DNA of 64,000 bases, from contig DASXAW010000122.1 in assembly GCA_036406535.1 (NCBI GenBank), positions 231 to 64,230 on the forward strand. Direction: 5' to 3'. The DNA is from Gaiella sp. GTDB lineage: Bacteria; Actinomycetota; Thermoleophilia; Gaiellales; Gaiellaceae. The position numbers and the translations under genes are program-made. The notes beneath the pieces are model-generated. The model made no database searches, had not been told where the DNA came from, and worked only from the letters and a program-made list of their open reading frames with translations. Shown piece after piece: positions 26,662-35,953 of the stretch (position 1 is its first letter; every line of letters starts with the position of its first letter).

Positions 26662-28148
26662 GGCTTTGCGTTGGAGCGGGCCTCGCGACCGGCGAGCGCC
26701 CGCTTCAGCGCGCCCGGCACGAGCCCGCTGCTCGTCGAGATGTCCGTGGCCTGCAGCAGCACGGCGCCCGCGCGGGCGAGCGCGACGGGAGCACCGGTCG
26801 ACGAGGGGACGTAGCGGCGCCCGGAGGCGAACGACACGTCGTCCGCCCGGCGCCACGCGACGAGGAACGGGTACGGCGCGACCACCCCGTCGTAGCCCAG
26901 GTGGACGAGGTCGACGGGATGGATCTCGAAGTGGAGGTGCGAGACGCCTCCGTCCGCGTCGCCCGAGCTCCCGACGAAGCCGAGCACGTCGCCCGCCTTG
27001 ACGCTCTTGCCCGCGATCGCGAGCGGCGAGTAGGCGCTCAGGTGGGCGTAGTAGAACTCGTTGCCGGCGGTGTCCCGGAGCCAGAGCCGCCAGCCGCCGA
27101 TGTCGTTCCAGCCGACCGAGAACAGCGTTCCGTCGGCGACCGCCAGCACCGGCGTCCCCGCAGGGGCCACCAGGTCCTCGCCGTGGTGCCACTTGCCCGA
27201 GACGTCCGCGCGGAACGCGCCGAACGTGTCGCCGAACGCGGCCGGGCCGAAGAGCGGGAACACGTAGCCGCCCTGGCTGAGCCTCGCGGTCACCTCCGGC
27301 GCGGGGCGCACCAGCTCCGGCGGGGCGCCGGGGATCGAGCGTCCCGGCTCCTTCGGGGCCGAAGGTGCGGGCCGGGCGGGCTTCGCGGGGGTCGTCGGCC
27401 GGCCGGGGAAGCCCGTTCCCGGCCCGGTCGTGCCGGTCGTCGGCCCCGCCGGCGTGACGGGCGTGACGGGCGGCGCGGGCGTCGTCGGCGTCGGCACGGC
27501 GACCGCGGTCGCCGTCGCCAGCCCGATCACCAGCTCGGAGCCGGCGGGAAGCCCGGCGTGCTCCGCGACGAGCCGTACGCGGATACCCGTGACCGCGCTC
27601 GCGGCGGAGCGGGGCGGCGCAGAGGTCGTGGAGCTCGTCTCGCCGAGCACCTCGAGCGTCCCCCAGTCGGCGAGCGGGACCTGAAGGTTGGCGGTCGCCG
27701 CGACGGGCTGTCCCAGCACGACGAGACCGGTGACCTGCGAGGTGCCCGTGTCGCCCGTCGCGCCCGCCGCGCCCGCCGCGGCGCCCGCGCGCACCGAGAC
27801 GGACTCTGCGGAGATCTCGCCGCCGAGCAGCGAGACCGCGAGCGCCCGGACGACGCCTTCGGCGGAGGAGGACGTCCCCGCCTGCGCCGTCGTGCTCGCC
27901 GTGGAGGCGCCGATCCGGAGCGCCGAGCCGTCCTCCGGGTACGAGAACGGGCCTCCGGCGCTCGCCGTGGGCGGAGACTCCAGCTGGCCCGTCGAGCTGG
28001 AGGGCACGCCCGGGAGCGTCACCGACGCCACGAGGGCCGTCGAGCCCGTCGTCGTCGCGGCCGGGTCGGTCGGCGCGGCACCCGCGACCCCGGCGACGGC
28101 CACGCCGAGCGCGAGGGCGACCACGAGCGATGCGCGGGCGCTCGTCAC
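26658..28148 (-). CDS. M23 metallopeptidase with N-terminal beta-rich domain and Pro/Thr linker
   Basis: HHGED (HxxxD), YAHL, HLHFE motifs; signal peptide. Confidence 0.9.
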   Translation of the reverse strand: MTSARASLVVALALGVAVAGVAGAAPTDPAATTTGSTALVASVTLPGVPSSSTGQLESPPTASAGGPFSYPEDGSALRIGASTASTTAQAGTSSSAEGVVRALAVSLLGGEISAESVSVRAGAAAGAAGATGDTGTSQVTGLVVLGQPVAATANLQVPLADWGTLEVLGETSSTTSAPPRSAASAVTGIRVRLVAEHAGLPAGSELVIGLATATAVAVPTPTTPAPPVTPVTPAGPTTGTTGPGTGFPGRPTTPAKPARPAPSAPKEPGRSIPGAPPELVRPAPEVTARLSQGGYVFPLFGPAAFGDTFGAFRADVSGKWHHGEDLVAPAGTPVLAVADGTLFSVGWNDIGGWRLWLRDTAGNEFYYAHLSAYSPLAIAGKSVKAGDVLGFVGSSGDADGGVSHLHFEIHPVDLVHLGYDGVVAPYPFLVAWRRADDVSFASGRRYVPSSTGAPVALARAGAVLLQATDISTSSGLVPGALKRALAGREARSNAKP

Positions 28149-28540
28149 GACACGTCAGGGTACCGTCGGCTCTGACGCGCCACGCCGAGCGCGAGCCGGG
28201 CGGCGACGAGCAGGAGGAGGACCCCGAACGCGCGCCGGATGAGGTCCTCGTCGAGCCGCGTCGCGATCTGGACGCCGATCTCGGCGCCGAGGATCGAGAC
28301 GGCGCCGATGACGACCGCCGCGCGAGCGCGCAGGTTGCCGTAGGCCCGCTGCCGGAGCGCCCCCGTGGCCGCGGTCGGGACGATCGCCAGGAGCGACGTC
28401 GCCGCCGCCTCGACCTGGCCCAGGCCGAGCAGCAGCAGCGTCGGGACGAAGAGGATCCCGCCACCGACGCCGAACACGCCCGAGAGCACGCCCGCGGCCA
28501 GCCCCAGGCAGATCGCCGCGGGAATCGCCCAGCCGCTCAC
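28145..28540 (-). CDS. TauE/SafE (TSUP) family half-size transporter
   Basis: GVLSGVFGVGGGILFVP...AAATSL. Confidence 0.85.
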   Translation of the reverse strand: MSGWAIPAAICLGLAAGVLSGVFGVGGGILFVPTLLLLGLGQVEAAATSLLAIVPTAATGALRQRAYGNLRARAAVVIGAVSILGAEIGVQIATRLDEDLIRRAFGVLLLLVAARLALGVARQSRRYPDVS

Positions 28541-28887
28541 AGCGCGATCAGCCGGATCCCGATCACCGCGAGGAGCGCCGAAAAGGCGAGGGTCAGCGTG
28601 CGCCCCGAGAGCCGCTGCTGCACATGGGTGCCGACGAGCGCGCCGGCGACCGCCGGGATCCCGATCAGCAGCGCGTAGCCCAGGCGAACCTCTCCGCGCG
28701 CGGCGTACAGGATGGCGCCTGCGGTTGCGGTCACCAGGATCGCACCGAGCGACGTCGCCGCCGCGGCATGCGTCGGCATCCCGACCAGTGAGATCAGGAG
28801 CGGGACGAGGACGATCCCGCCGCCGACCCCGAACACCGCCGAGAACACCCCTGCGACGAGACCGATGAGCGCGAGCCGCGCAGTCAT
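28537..28887 (-). CDS. TauE/SafE (TSUP) family half-size transporter
   Basis: GVFSAVFGVGGGIVLVP...AAATSL. Confidence 0.85.
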   Translation of the reverse strand: MTARLALIGLVAGVFSAVFGVGGGIVLVPLLISLVGMPTHAAAATSLGAILVTATAGAILYAARGEVRLGYALLIGIPAVAGALVGTHVQQRLSGRTLTLAFSALLAVIGIRLIAL

Positions 28888-28931
28888 CTCGGAGGAGCTT
28901 CGCGGCGCACCCGCCGTATCCTAGGTCGCCC

Positions 28932-29642
28932 ATGGCGGCCGACCTCCTCGTACGGCTCGCGGCAGAACCGCAGCTGGCCGGGATCCTCCTCGACGTCGAC
29001 GGCACGCTCGCGCCGATCGTCGAGCGGCCCGAGGATGCTCGCGTCCCGGAGGTGACGCGGCACGAGCTCGCGCGCCTCGCGACGCGGTACGCGCTCGTCG
29101 CGTGCGTCAGCGGCCGGCCGGGCGACGAGGTGACGCGGCTCGTCGACGTCCCCGGCGTCGCCGTCGTGGGGGAGCACGGCCTCGAGCTCGCCCCGGACGC
29201 GAAGGAGTGGGCCGACCGGGTCGCGGCCTTCGCGTCCGGCGTCGACTGGCCCGCCGAGCGGAAGCCGCTGAGCATCTCGTTCCACTTCCGCCGCGCCGAC
29301 GACGAGGCGGCCGCGCGCGCCTACCTCACGCGGGTCGAGGCGGCTGCGCGTGCGGAAGGCCTCGTCCCCCGCTGGGGACGGATGGTGCTCGAGGTGCGCC
29401 CACCCGTCGAGGCGCACAAGGGCACGGCCGTCGCCGCCCTGCTCCGGCGCGCGAACGTCGTCCGGGGCCTCTATGCCGGTGACGACACCACCGACGTCGA
29501 CGCGTTCGCGGGCCTCGACGGGCTCGACCTCGGCGTACGGGTCGCCGTCGACTCCCCGGAGGCCCCGGACGCGCTCCTCGCCGCCGCGGACGTCGTCGTC
29601 GAGGGCACCGACGGGCTGCTCGCGCTGCTCCGCGAGCTCTGA
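28932..29642 (+). CDS. otsB: Trehalose-6-phosphate phosphatase
   Basis: DVDGTLAPI, SGR, GEHGLE, EVRP, HKG, GDDTTDVDAF. Confidence 0.92.
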   Translation: MAADLLVRLAAEPQLAGILLDVDGTLAPIVERPEDARVPEVTRHELARLATRYALVACVSGRPGDEVTRLVDVPGVAVVGEHGLELAPDAKEWADRVAAFASGVDWPAERKPLSISFHFRRADDEAAARAYLTRVEAAARAEGLVPRWGRMVLEVRPPVEAHKGTAVAALLRRANVVRGLYAGDDTTDVDAFAGLDGLDLGVRVAVDSPEAPDALLAAADVVVEGTDGLLALLREL

Positions 29643-29645
29643 CGC

Positions 29646-31352
29646 TCAGGCGCGGAGCTTCCCGATCTCGCGCCAGGAGCGGGTGTTGAGCACCTGCTCC
29701 TTCGTGAGCCACGCGCGACGCGCCTGAGCGACGCCGAGCTCGCGATAGCCAAGGGCCCCGGCCGAGTGGGCGTCGGTCGTGATCGGGACGAGCACGCCGG
29801 CTTCGCCGGCGAGGCGGGCGTGGACGTCCCGCATGTCGAGCCGGTCCGGCTGGCTGTTGATCTCGAGGGCGGTGCCAGTCTCGACGGCGCGCGCGACGAC
29901 CTTCTCGACGTCGACGTCCGCTCCCGCACGCTTGTTGAGCTTGCGGCCGGTGAGGTGGCCGATGCTGTCGACGTGCGGATGGTCGAGCGCAGCGAGGATC
30001 CGCTCCGTGGGGCTGCGGTCGAACGCCGAGTGGAGCGAGGCGACGACCCAGTCGAGCGCGGCGAGAAGGTCGTCGTCGACGTCGATCGTGCCGTCGGAGC
30101 GGATGTTCGCCTCGACGCCCTTGAGGACGCGGAACGGCTTCACGCGCTCGTTCACCTCGTCGATCTCGCGCCACTGCGCCTCCATCCGGCCGTCGCGGAG
30201 GTAGTGCGAGTGGTCGGTCATCGCGAGGAACCGATATCCCGACGCCTTCGCGGTGCGCGCCATCTCGTCGATCGTCGACCGCCCGTCCGACGACCAGGTC
30301 GAGTGGCAATGCAGCTCGCCCTTCAGGTCGGCGAGCTCGACGAGGTCGGGGAGCGCGCCGTCGCGCGCGGCCGCGAGCTCGCCTCCGTTCTCCCGCAGCT
30401 CCGGCGGGATCCACGCGTACCCGAGGAACCCGTAGAGGTCCTCCTCGGTGCGAAACCGGTGCACCTCGCCGGTCTCGGCGACCGCGACGCCGTACTCCGA
30501 GATCGAGAGCCCGCGCCGCTGCGCCTCCTCGCGGAGCGCGACGTTGTGGTCCTTCGAGCCCGTGAAGTGCTGCAGAAGGCTGCCGTAGTCCTCCGGCGGC
30601 ACGACGCGGAGGTCGATGCGCAGGCCTTGCTTCGTCACGACGGTCGCCTTCGTGTCGCCCTGGGCGGCGACCTCGAGCACCCACGGCAGCGTGACGAAGT
30701 GGCCGATCAGGCCGGCGGCGTCCGTCGCAGTGGCGATCACGTCGAGGTCGCGAAACGTCTCGCGGCCGCGGCGGACGCTTCCCGCCCCGGAGACCTCGAC
30801 CGCGGCCGGATGCTCGCGCAGCGCCTGCACGACGTCGCGGACGACCGGCAGCCCGACGCCGAGCAACCCGCGTCGCTCCGGCTCGGCGCCGAAGCCCTTG
30901 TCGAGCGCGTCGAGGATCTTCTCCTCGCTCTTCGCGCCGAGACCCTGCAGCGTCCGCACGCGCTGCTGCTCGGCCGCGGCGCGCAGCTCGTCGAGCGTCG
31001 TCACGTCGAGCTCGCGCCAGATCCGCGCCGCGGTCTTCGGGCCGAGGCCGGGTAGCCGGAGGAACTGCGTGACCTCGCCGGGCACCTCGGCGCGGCGCTT
31101 CTCGAGCGCGGCCATCTTGCCGGTCTCCGTCAGCTCGGCGATCTTCGCCTCGATCGTCCCGCCGATCCCGGGCAGCTCCTTCGCGCGGCCTGCAAGCGCG
31201 AGCTCGGCGATGGACGCCGCGGTCTCGCGCACGCGCGTCGCGGCCCGGCGGTAGGCGATCACGCGGAAGCCCTGCTCGCCCAGCACCTCCGAGACGTCCG
31301 CGAGCTCCTCGAGCGCGTCGGCGACGTCACTGTTGCGCGGGAGGGGCGGCAT
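29646..31352 (-). CDS. polX: DNA polymerase X with PHP domain
   Basis: HhH LPGIG/LPGLGPK, GSVRR, DLD, IDLR, HFTGSK, PPELRE; PHP motifs HCH, TDH, TDAH. Confidence 0.95.
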   Translation of the reverse strand: MPPLPRNSDVADALEELADVSEVLGEQGFRVIAYRRAATRVRETAASIAELALAGRAKELPGIGGTIEAKIAELTETGKMAALEKRRAEVPGEVTQFLRLPGLGPKTAARIWRELDVTTLDELRAAAEQQRVRTLQGLGAKSEEKILDALDKGFGAEPERRGLLGVGLPVVRDVVQALREHPAAVEVSGAGSVRRGRETFRDLDVIATATDAAGLIGHFVTLPWVLEVAAQGDTKATVVTKQGLRIDLRVVPPEDYGSLLQHFTGSKDHNVALREEAQRRGLSISEYGVAVAETGEVHRFRTEEDLYGFLGYAWIPPELRENGGELAAARDGALPDLVELADLKGELHCHSTWSSDGRSTIDEMARTAKASGYRFLAMTDHSHYLRDGRMEAQWREIDEVNERVKPFRVLKGVEANIRSDGTIDVDDDLLAALDWVVASLHSAFDRSPTERILAALDHPHVDSIGHLTGRKLNKRAGADVDVEKVVARAVETGTALEINSQPDRLDMRDVHARLAGEAGVLVPITTDAHSAGALGYRELGVAQARRAWLTKEQVLNTRSWREIGKLRA

Positions 31353-31403
31353 CCGCCGATCATAGGTTCGCGCCGGTCGGCCCCGGAACGGCAGACTCCG
31401 GGC

Positions 31404-32132
31404 GTGCGGGTGAGGGCTGTCGTCTGCGTGCCGACCTACGACGAGCGCGAGAACGTCGAGCCGCTCGTGCGCGCGCTCGGGGAGGTGCTCGACGTAGGCC
31501 GCGACCGAGTCCTCGTGATCGACGACAGCTCGCCGGACGGGACGGGGGAGATCGCCGACCGGCTCGCGCAGGAGCTTCCCTGGGTCGACGTGCTCCACCG
31601 GGCCCGGAAGGAGGGGATCGGGCGGGCGTACCTCGCCGGCTTCGACCGGGCGCTCGAGACCGATGCGCGGCTCGTCCTCGAGATGGACTGCGACTTCTCC
31701 CACGACCCCGCCGACGTCCCGCGGCTGATCGCGACCTGCGAGAGCGGCGCCGACGTCGCGCTCGGCTCGCGTTGGGTCGACGGCGGCGGCACGGAGAACT
31801 GGGGGCTCGGGCGCCGGCTCATCTCGCGGGCGGGCTCGCTCTACGCCCGAATCGTCCTCGGCGTCTCCGTTCGCGACCTGACGGGCGGCTTCAAGTGCTT
31901 CCGCCGGGTCGTGCTGGAGACGATCGACCGGGACGCCATCGCGGCCCGCGGCTACGGGTTCCAGATCGAGGGGACGTACCGTGCCCTCCGCGCCGGCTTC
32001 CGTGTCGTCGAGATGCCGATCACGTTCGTCGACCGCCGCGTCGGTGAGTCGAAGATGAGCGGCGCGATCGTGCTCGAGGCGATGCGCCAGGTACCGGTGC
32101 TCCGCTGGAAGGCGCTCAGGGGGCGCCTGTGA
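31404..32132 (+). CDS. Polyprenol-monophosphomannose synthase (GT2, Ppm1-like)
   Basis: PTYDERE, DDSSPDGT, MDCDFSH, DLTGGFK, GYGFQIE, GESKMS. Confidence 0.9.
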   Translation: MRVRAVVCVPTYDERENVEPLVRALGEVLDVGRDRVLVIDDSSPDGTGEIADRLAQELPWVDVLHRARKEGIGRAYLAGFDRALETDARLVLEMDCDFSHDPADVPRLIATCESGADVALGSRWVDGGGTENWGLGRRLISRAGSLYARIVLGVSVRDLTGGFKCFRRVVLETIDRDAIAARGYGFQIEGTYRALRAGFRVVEMPITFVDRRVGESKMSGAIVLEAMRQVPVLRWKALRGRL

Positions 32133-32458
32133 TCGACACGACGGACGCGACGTTCGCGCACGACGTGCTCGCCGCGGAGGTCCCCGTGCTCGTCGAGTTC
32201 ACGGCGCCCTGGTGCAAGCCGTGCAAGGCGATCGAGCCGTGGCTCGAAGAGCTCGAGCATCGACACGAGGGTCGCCTGCTCGTCGCGCGGCTGGACATCG
32301 ACGCGAATCTCGGCGTCCCGGGCCGCTACGGGGTCCTCTCGCTCCCCACCGTGATGGTCTTCGCCGGCGGCGAGCCGGGCGAGGCGATCCACGGAGCGCA
32401 GCCCCGCCGGCGGTACGAGGAGGCGGTCGAGCGGGCGCTGGCCGACGGCGCGCCCTGA
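32129..32458 (+). CDS. Thioredoxin family protein (WCKPC)
   Basis: Trx fold: FTAPWCKPC, cis-Pro LPT, GAQP. Confidence 0.88.
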   Translation: MIDTTDATFAHDVLAAEVPVLVEFTAPWCKPCKAIEPWLEELEHRHEGRLLVARLDIDANLGVPGRYGVLSLPTVMVFAGGEPGEAIHGAQPRRRYEEAVERALADGAP

Positions 32459-34686
32459 GCGACCCGGCCGCCTGGGACCCGCTGCTCGACGCGGACGAGG
32501 TCGCCTACCGCGGGATCGTCGCCGGCAGGCCGGGACGCACGGAGCCGCTGCCCGCCGGGCTCCACCCCGGCGTCGTCGCCGCGCTCTCCGCGGCAGGCGT
32601 CGACGCGCTCTACGTGCACCAGGCCGAGACCTGGGAGGCGGTCGCACGTGGCGAGAGCGTCGTCGTGACCAGCGGCACGGCCTCGGGGAAGTCCCTCGCC
32701 TTCTCGCTGCCCGTCCTCGACGCGATCGCCCGCGAGCCGACGGCCCGAGCGCTCTTCGTGTACCCGACCAAGGCCCTCGCCCAGGACCAGGCGCGCTGGC
32801 TGGCACGGCTCGGCCTCGGGGCACTCCGGCCCGCGATCTACGACGGCGACACGCCGGTCGACCGGCGTGCCCACGTCCGGCGGACGGCGAACGCGGTCCT
32901 CACCAACCCGGACATGCTCCACCTGGGCGTCCTGCCGCACCACGACCGCTGGGGCGACGTGCTGCACAACCTGCGTGTCGTCGTCGTCGACGAGGCGCAC
33001 GTCTACCGCGGCGTCTTCGGCTCCCACGTGGCTAACGTCCTCCGGCGCTTGCGGCGGCTCGCGCGCGCGTACGGCGCCGACCCCGTCTTCGTCCTCGCGA
33101 CGGCGACGATCGCGAACGCGGGCGAGCTCGCCTCCGCGCTGACCGGGCTCGACGTCCGCGTCGTGACGACCGACACCTCGCCGCGTGCGGAGCGCGAGGT
33201 GGTGCTCTGGAACCCCGAACTGCTCGACGACGAGCTCGGGGCGCGCGCAAGCCCGCTCGGCGACGCGAGCAAGCTCCTCGCGGGACTGGTCGGCCGCGGT
33301 CTCCGGGTGATCTGCTTCACGAAGACACGCAAGGCCGCAGAGCTCGTCCACCGCTTTGCGAGCGACCGGCTCGACGCGGAGACCGCACGGCGGCTTGCCC
33401 CCTATCGGGCCGGGTACACGCCGGAGCAGCGCCGCGACGTCGAGCGGCGGCTCGTCGAGGGCGAGCTCCTCGGCGTGACCGCCACCGACGCGCTCGAGCT
33501 GGGCATCGACATCGGGACGCTCGACTGCGCGATCTGCGTCGGGTTCCCGGGCACGGTCGCGTCCCTGAGGCAACAGTGGGGCCGCGCCGGCCGCCGGTCG
33601 CGGGGGCTGGCGGTGCTCGTGGCGAGCGAGGACGCCCTCGACCAGTTCTTCGTGGACGACCCGCCGGCGCTCCTCGAGCGAAACGCGGAGGCGGCGCTGC
33701 TCGACCATGCGACGCCGCGGATCCTCGACGGCCACGTCCTCGCCGCGGCGTACGAGGGGCCGCTCACGGACGCCGACGCGGAGATCCTCGGCCCGGAGGC
33801 GCTCGAGCGTGCCGCCGTCCTGCCCGAGCTCGAGCAGACGCCTGCGGGCTACGTCTGGCGCGGCCGCGACACGCCGGCCGCGAGGATCTCGCTGCGCTCC
33901 GGCGATCCGACCGCGTTCGTGATCGTCGACGAGGAGACCGGGTCGGTGCTCGGCAGCGCCGAGCAGGAGCGCGCGTTCTCCACCGTCCACGAGGGCGCCC
34001 TCTACCTCCACCTCGGCGATCAGTACGCGGTCATGGCCCTCGACCTCGAGACGCGGACCGCGCTCGTCCGGCCGGTCACGGTCGACTGGTACACGCAGGC
34101 GCGCAAGGAGACGTCGACCGAGATCACCCGCTCGCTTCGCTCGCGGCGGGTCGCGGGCGTCGAGCTGCACCACGGCCGGATCACCGTCCGGGAGGAGGTC
34201 ATCGGCTTCCAGCGGAAGGCAGTCGCCGACGGGAGCGTGATCGACGCCACGCCGCTCGACCTGCCGGAGACGTCCTTCGAGACCGAGGGCGTCTGGTTCT
34301 CGCCCGCCGAGTGGCTGCTCGAGGGGATCGACACGATGCCCACGCTCGTCTCGGCGCTCCACGCCGCCGAGCACTCCCTGATCTCACTGCTCCCGCTCTT
34401 CGCGATGTGCGACAGATGGGACATCGGCGGCCTCTCGACGAACATCCACGAGCAGACCGGCCTGCCGACGATCTTCGTCTACGAGGGACACGCGGGCGGC
34501 GTGGGGATCACCGAGCGCGGCTTCGACTGCTTCGACCGGTGGGCGACCGACACCGCACGGCTCCTCGAGCGCTGCCCGTGCCGCGCCGGGTGCCCGTCCT
34601 GCGTGCAGAGCCCGAAGTGCGGGAACCTGAACGAGCTCCTCGACAAGGCCGCGGCCAGGACCCTGCTCGCGCGGATGACGGACTAG
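32455..34686 (+). CDS. DEAD/DEAH helicase with DUF1998 (MrfA/SftH/Hrq1 family)
   Basis: GTASGKS, YPTKALAQDQ, DEAH, ALELGIDIG, QQWGRAGR, C-terminal CD...CPC...GCPSC. CTG start proposed. Confidence 0.93.
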   Translation: MSDPAAWDPLLDADEVAYRGIVAGRPGRTEPLPAGLHPGVVAALSAAGVDALYVHQAETWEAVARGESVVVTSGTASGKSLAFSLPVLDAIAREPTARALFVYPTKALAQDQARWLARLGLGALRPAIYDGDTPVDRRAHVRRTANAVLTNPDMLHLGVLPHHDRWGDVLHNLRVVVVDEAHVYRGVFGSHVANVLRRLRRLARAYGADPVFVLATATIANAGELASALTGLDVRVVTTDTSPRAEREVVLWNPELLDDELGARASPLGDASKLLAGLVGRGLRVICFTKTRKAAELVHRFASDRLDAETARRLAPYRAGYTPEQRRDVERRLVEGELLGVTATDALELGIDIGTLDCAICVGFPGTVASLRQQWGRAGRRSRGLAVLVASEDALDQFFVDDPPALLERNAEAALLDHATPRILDGHVLAAAYEGPLTDADAEILGPEALERAAVLPELEQTPAGYVWRGRDTPAARISLRSGDPTAFVIVDEETGSVLGSAEQERAFSTVHEGALYLHLGDQYAVMALDLETRTALVRPVTVDWYTQARKETSTEITRSLRSRRVAGVELHHGRITVREEVIGFQRKAVADGSVIDATPLDLPETSFETEGVWFSPAEWLLEGIDTMPTLVSALHAAEHSLISLLPLFAMCDRWDIGGLSTNIHEQTGLPTIFVYEGHAGGVGITERGFDCFDRWATDTARLLERCPCRAGCPSCVQSPKCGNLNELLDKAAARTLLARMTD

Positions 34687-35138
34687 CGCACGATCGCCGA
34701 GAGCGCGAGCTCGACAGCCTCGGCCGCCGTCGCGGCAACCGGCACTCCCTCGACCACATGGCCGCCGTCGAGCATGACCACGGGTCGGCCGAGACGCATC
34801 GCGAAGCCGATCTCGGCAAGCGTCCCCCAGCTCCCGCCGACCGCGATCACCGCATCGCCCGAGGCTGCGACCGCGAGGTTCCGCGCATGGCCGATGCCGG
34901 TCACGACCACATGGTCGGCCCACTCGTTCGCCTCCGCGTGCGTCTCGCCCGGCACGATCGCGATCGTCGTCCCGCCGGCCTCCTTCGCGCCGCGAAGCGC
35001 CCAGGTCATCACCTCGCCGAGCCCGCCGGTGAGCACGACGCAGCCGCGCTCGGCCAGGAGGCGCCCGACCTCGACCGCCGCCGCCTCGTGGCCGCTTCCG
35101 CTCCCGATCACGGAGACCTGCGGGCTGCGGCTGCTCAC
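34683..35138 (-). CDS. LOG/SLOG family protein (TIGR00725-like)
   Basis: TGGLGEVM, ARN, GGSWGTLAEI. Confidence 0.85.
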   Translation of the reverse strand: MSSRSPQVSVIGSGSGHEAAAVEVGRLLAERGCVVLTGGLGEVMTWALRGAKEAGGTTIAIVPGETHAEANEWADHVVVTGIGHARNLAVAASGDAVIAVGGSWGTLAEIGFAMRLGRPVVMLDGGHVVEGVPVAATAAEAVELALSAIVR

Positions 35139-35142
35139 GGAC

Positions 35143-35181
35143 GAAGAAAAGCGCCGGGACCGGACGGGTCGGTCCCGGCGC
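35143..35181 (-). terminator. Intrinsic terminator
   Basis: Perfect 12-bp stem GCGCCGGGACCG/CGGTCCCGGCGC followed by TTTTCTTC on the minus strand. Confidence 0.85.
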
Positions 35182-35348
35182 AGCCGTCTACGCGTCCGCG
35201 TAGTGCTCGGCGCCGTGCTCGAAGCGGGTCCGGGCGAACGGCAACGTGGTGGCCGCGACGTACATCACGAGCGCCTCCCTCGGGTTCCCGTCTCCTTCGA
35301 CGGAAGTCGCTTGCGGCGTGGGTGCCCCTCCCTCTGGTTCCGTTTCCG
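35143..35348 (-). ncRNA. Candidate Ms1-like RNA-polymerase-binding small RNA
   Basis: Promoter-like AAAC-N17-CGTA, GCACCCACGC motif, TTCCGTC/GACGGGA hairpin, further stems and a strong terminator. Similarity to Ms1 is recalled, not computed. Confidence 0.45.
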
Positions 35349-35542
35349 ACTACTACGTCGCCGGAGGTCGGTTGGTTTGGAGGAGCATGTGCTCCGTGAT
35401 CGACGTCTCCGCGGTCGAGCGAGCCAGGGGCGCGGCCTCGGGAAGAGATGCGCGCGGCGGTGCTCGCGCTCGCGTTCGTCGCGGCCGGCGACCCCGTCGT
35501 CCACCACGACCTGATCCTCGAGCGGCCGTACCATGGAGCCAC

Positions 35543-35938
35543 GTGGCCTATCCACGCTGCTACCTCGTGTACGCCGTCGCGCCCGAGGGCACGTCTGCAC
35601 GACGCGCGAACGATCTGCTGAACGGGTACATCGAGGCCGCGGACCGTGGGGTGCCCGTCTACCACGACCACTTCACCGGACGTCCACACGGCGGCGTCGC
35701 CGTGTTCGAGGTGCGCAGCGAGGGAGAGGAGGCACGGCTCGCCGAGGTCGGGCCGTTGAGCGGCTGGAACGTGGAGATCCACCCGCTCACCTTCTCGTTG
35801 ACCGGCGTCGGCTTCGTCGCCCAGACGGAGCTGACGATCGAGGGCTACGGGAAGACCTCGCTCGAGACGCTCCGGCGGCGCGAGGCCGATGATCCCCGTT
35901 TCTGGTGGCGCCGGCGGCAAGAGGCGCCGGCGTCCTGA
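35543..35938 (+). CDS. Hypothetical protein with YHDHF motif
   Basis: TACCAT 8 nt before GTG; plausible codon usage. Confidence 0.65.
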   Translation: MAYPRCYLVYAVAPEGTSARRANDLLNGYIEAADRGVPVYHDHFTGRPHGGVAVFEVRSEGEEARLAEVGPLSGWNVEIHPLTFSLTGVGFVAQTELTIEGYGKTSLETLRRREADDPRFWWRRRQEAPAS

Positions 35939-35953
35939 CGTCGCTCCGGACTC

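Noticed and set aside
35390-35534. Minus-strand MVRPLEDQVVVDDG..., resembling an SDR N-terminus remnant
   Set aside because: No intact TGxxxGxG motif; similarity too weak to call a pseudogene.
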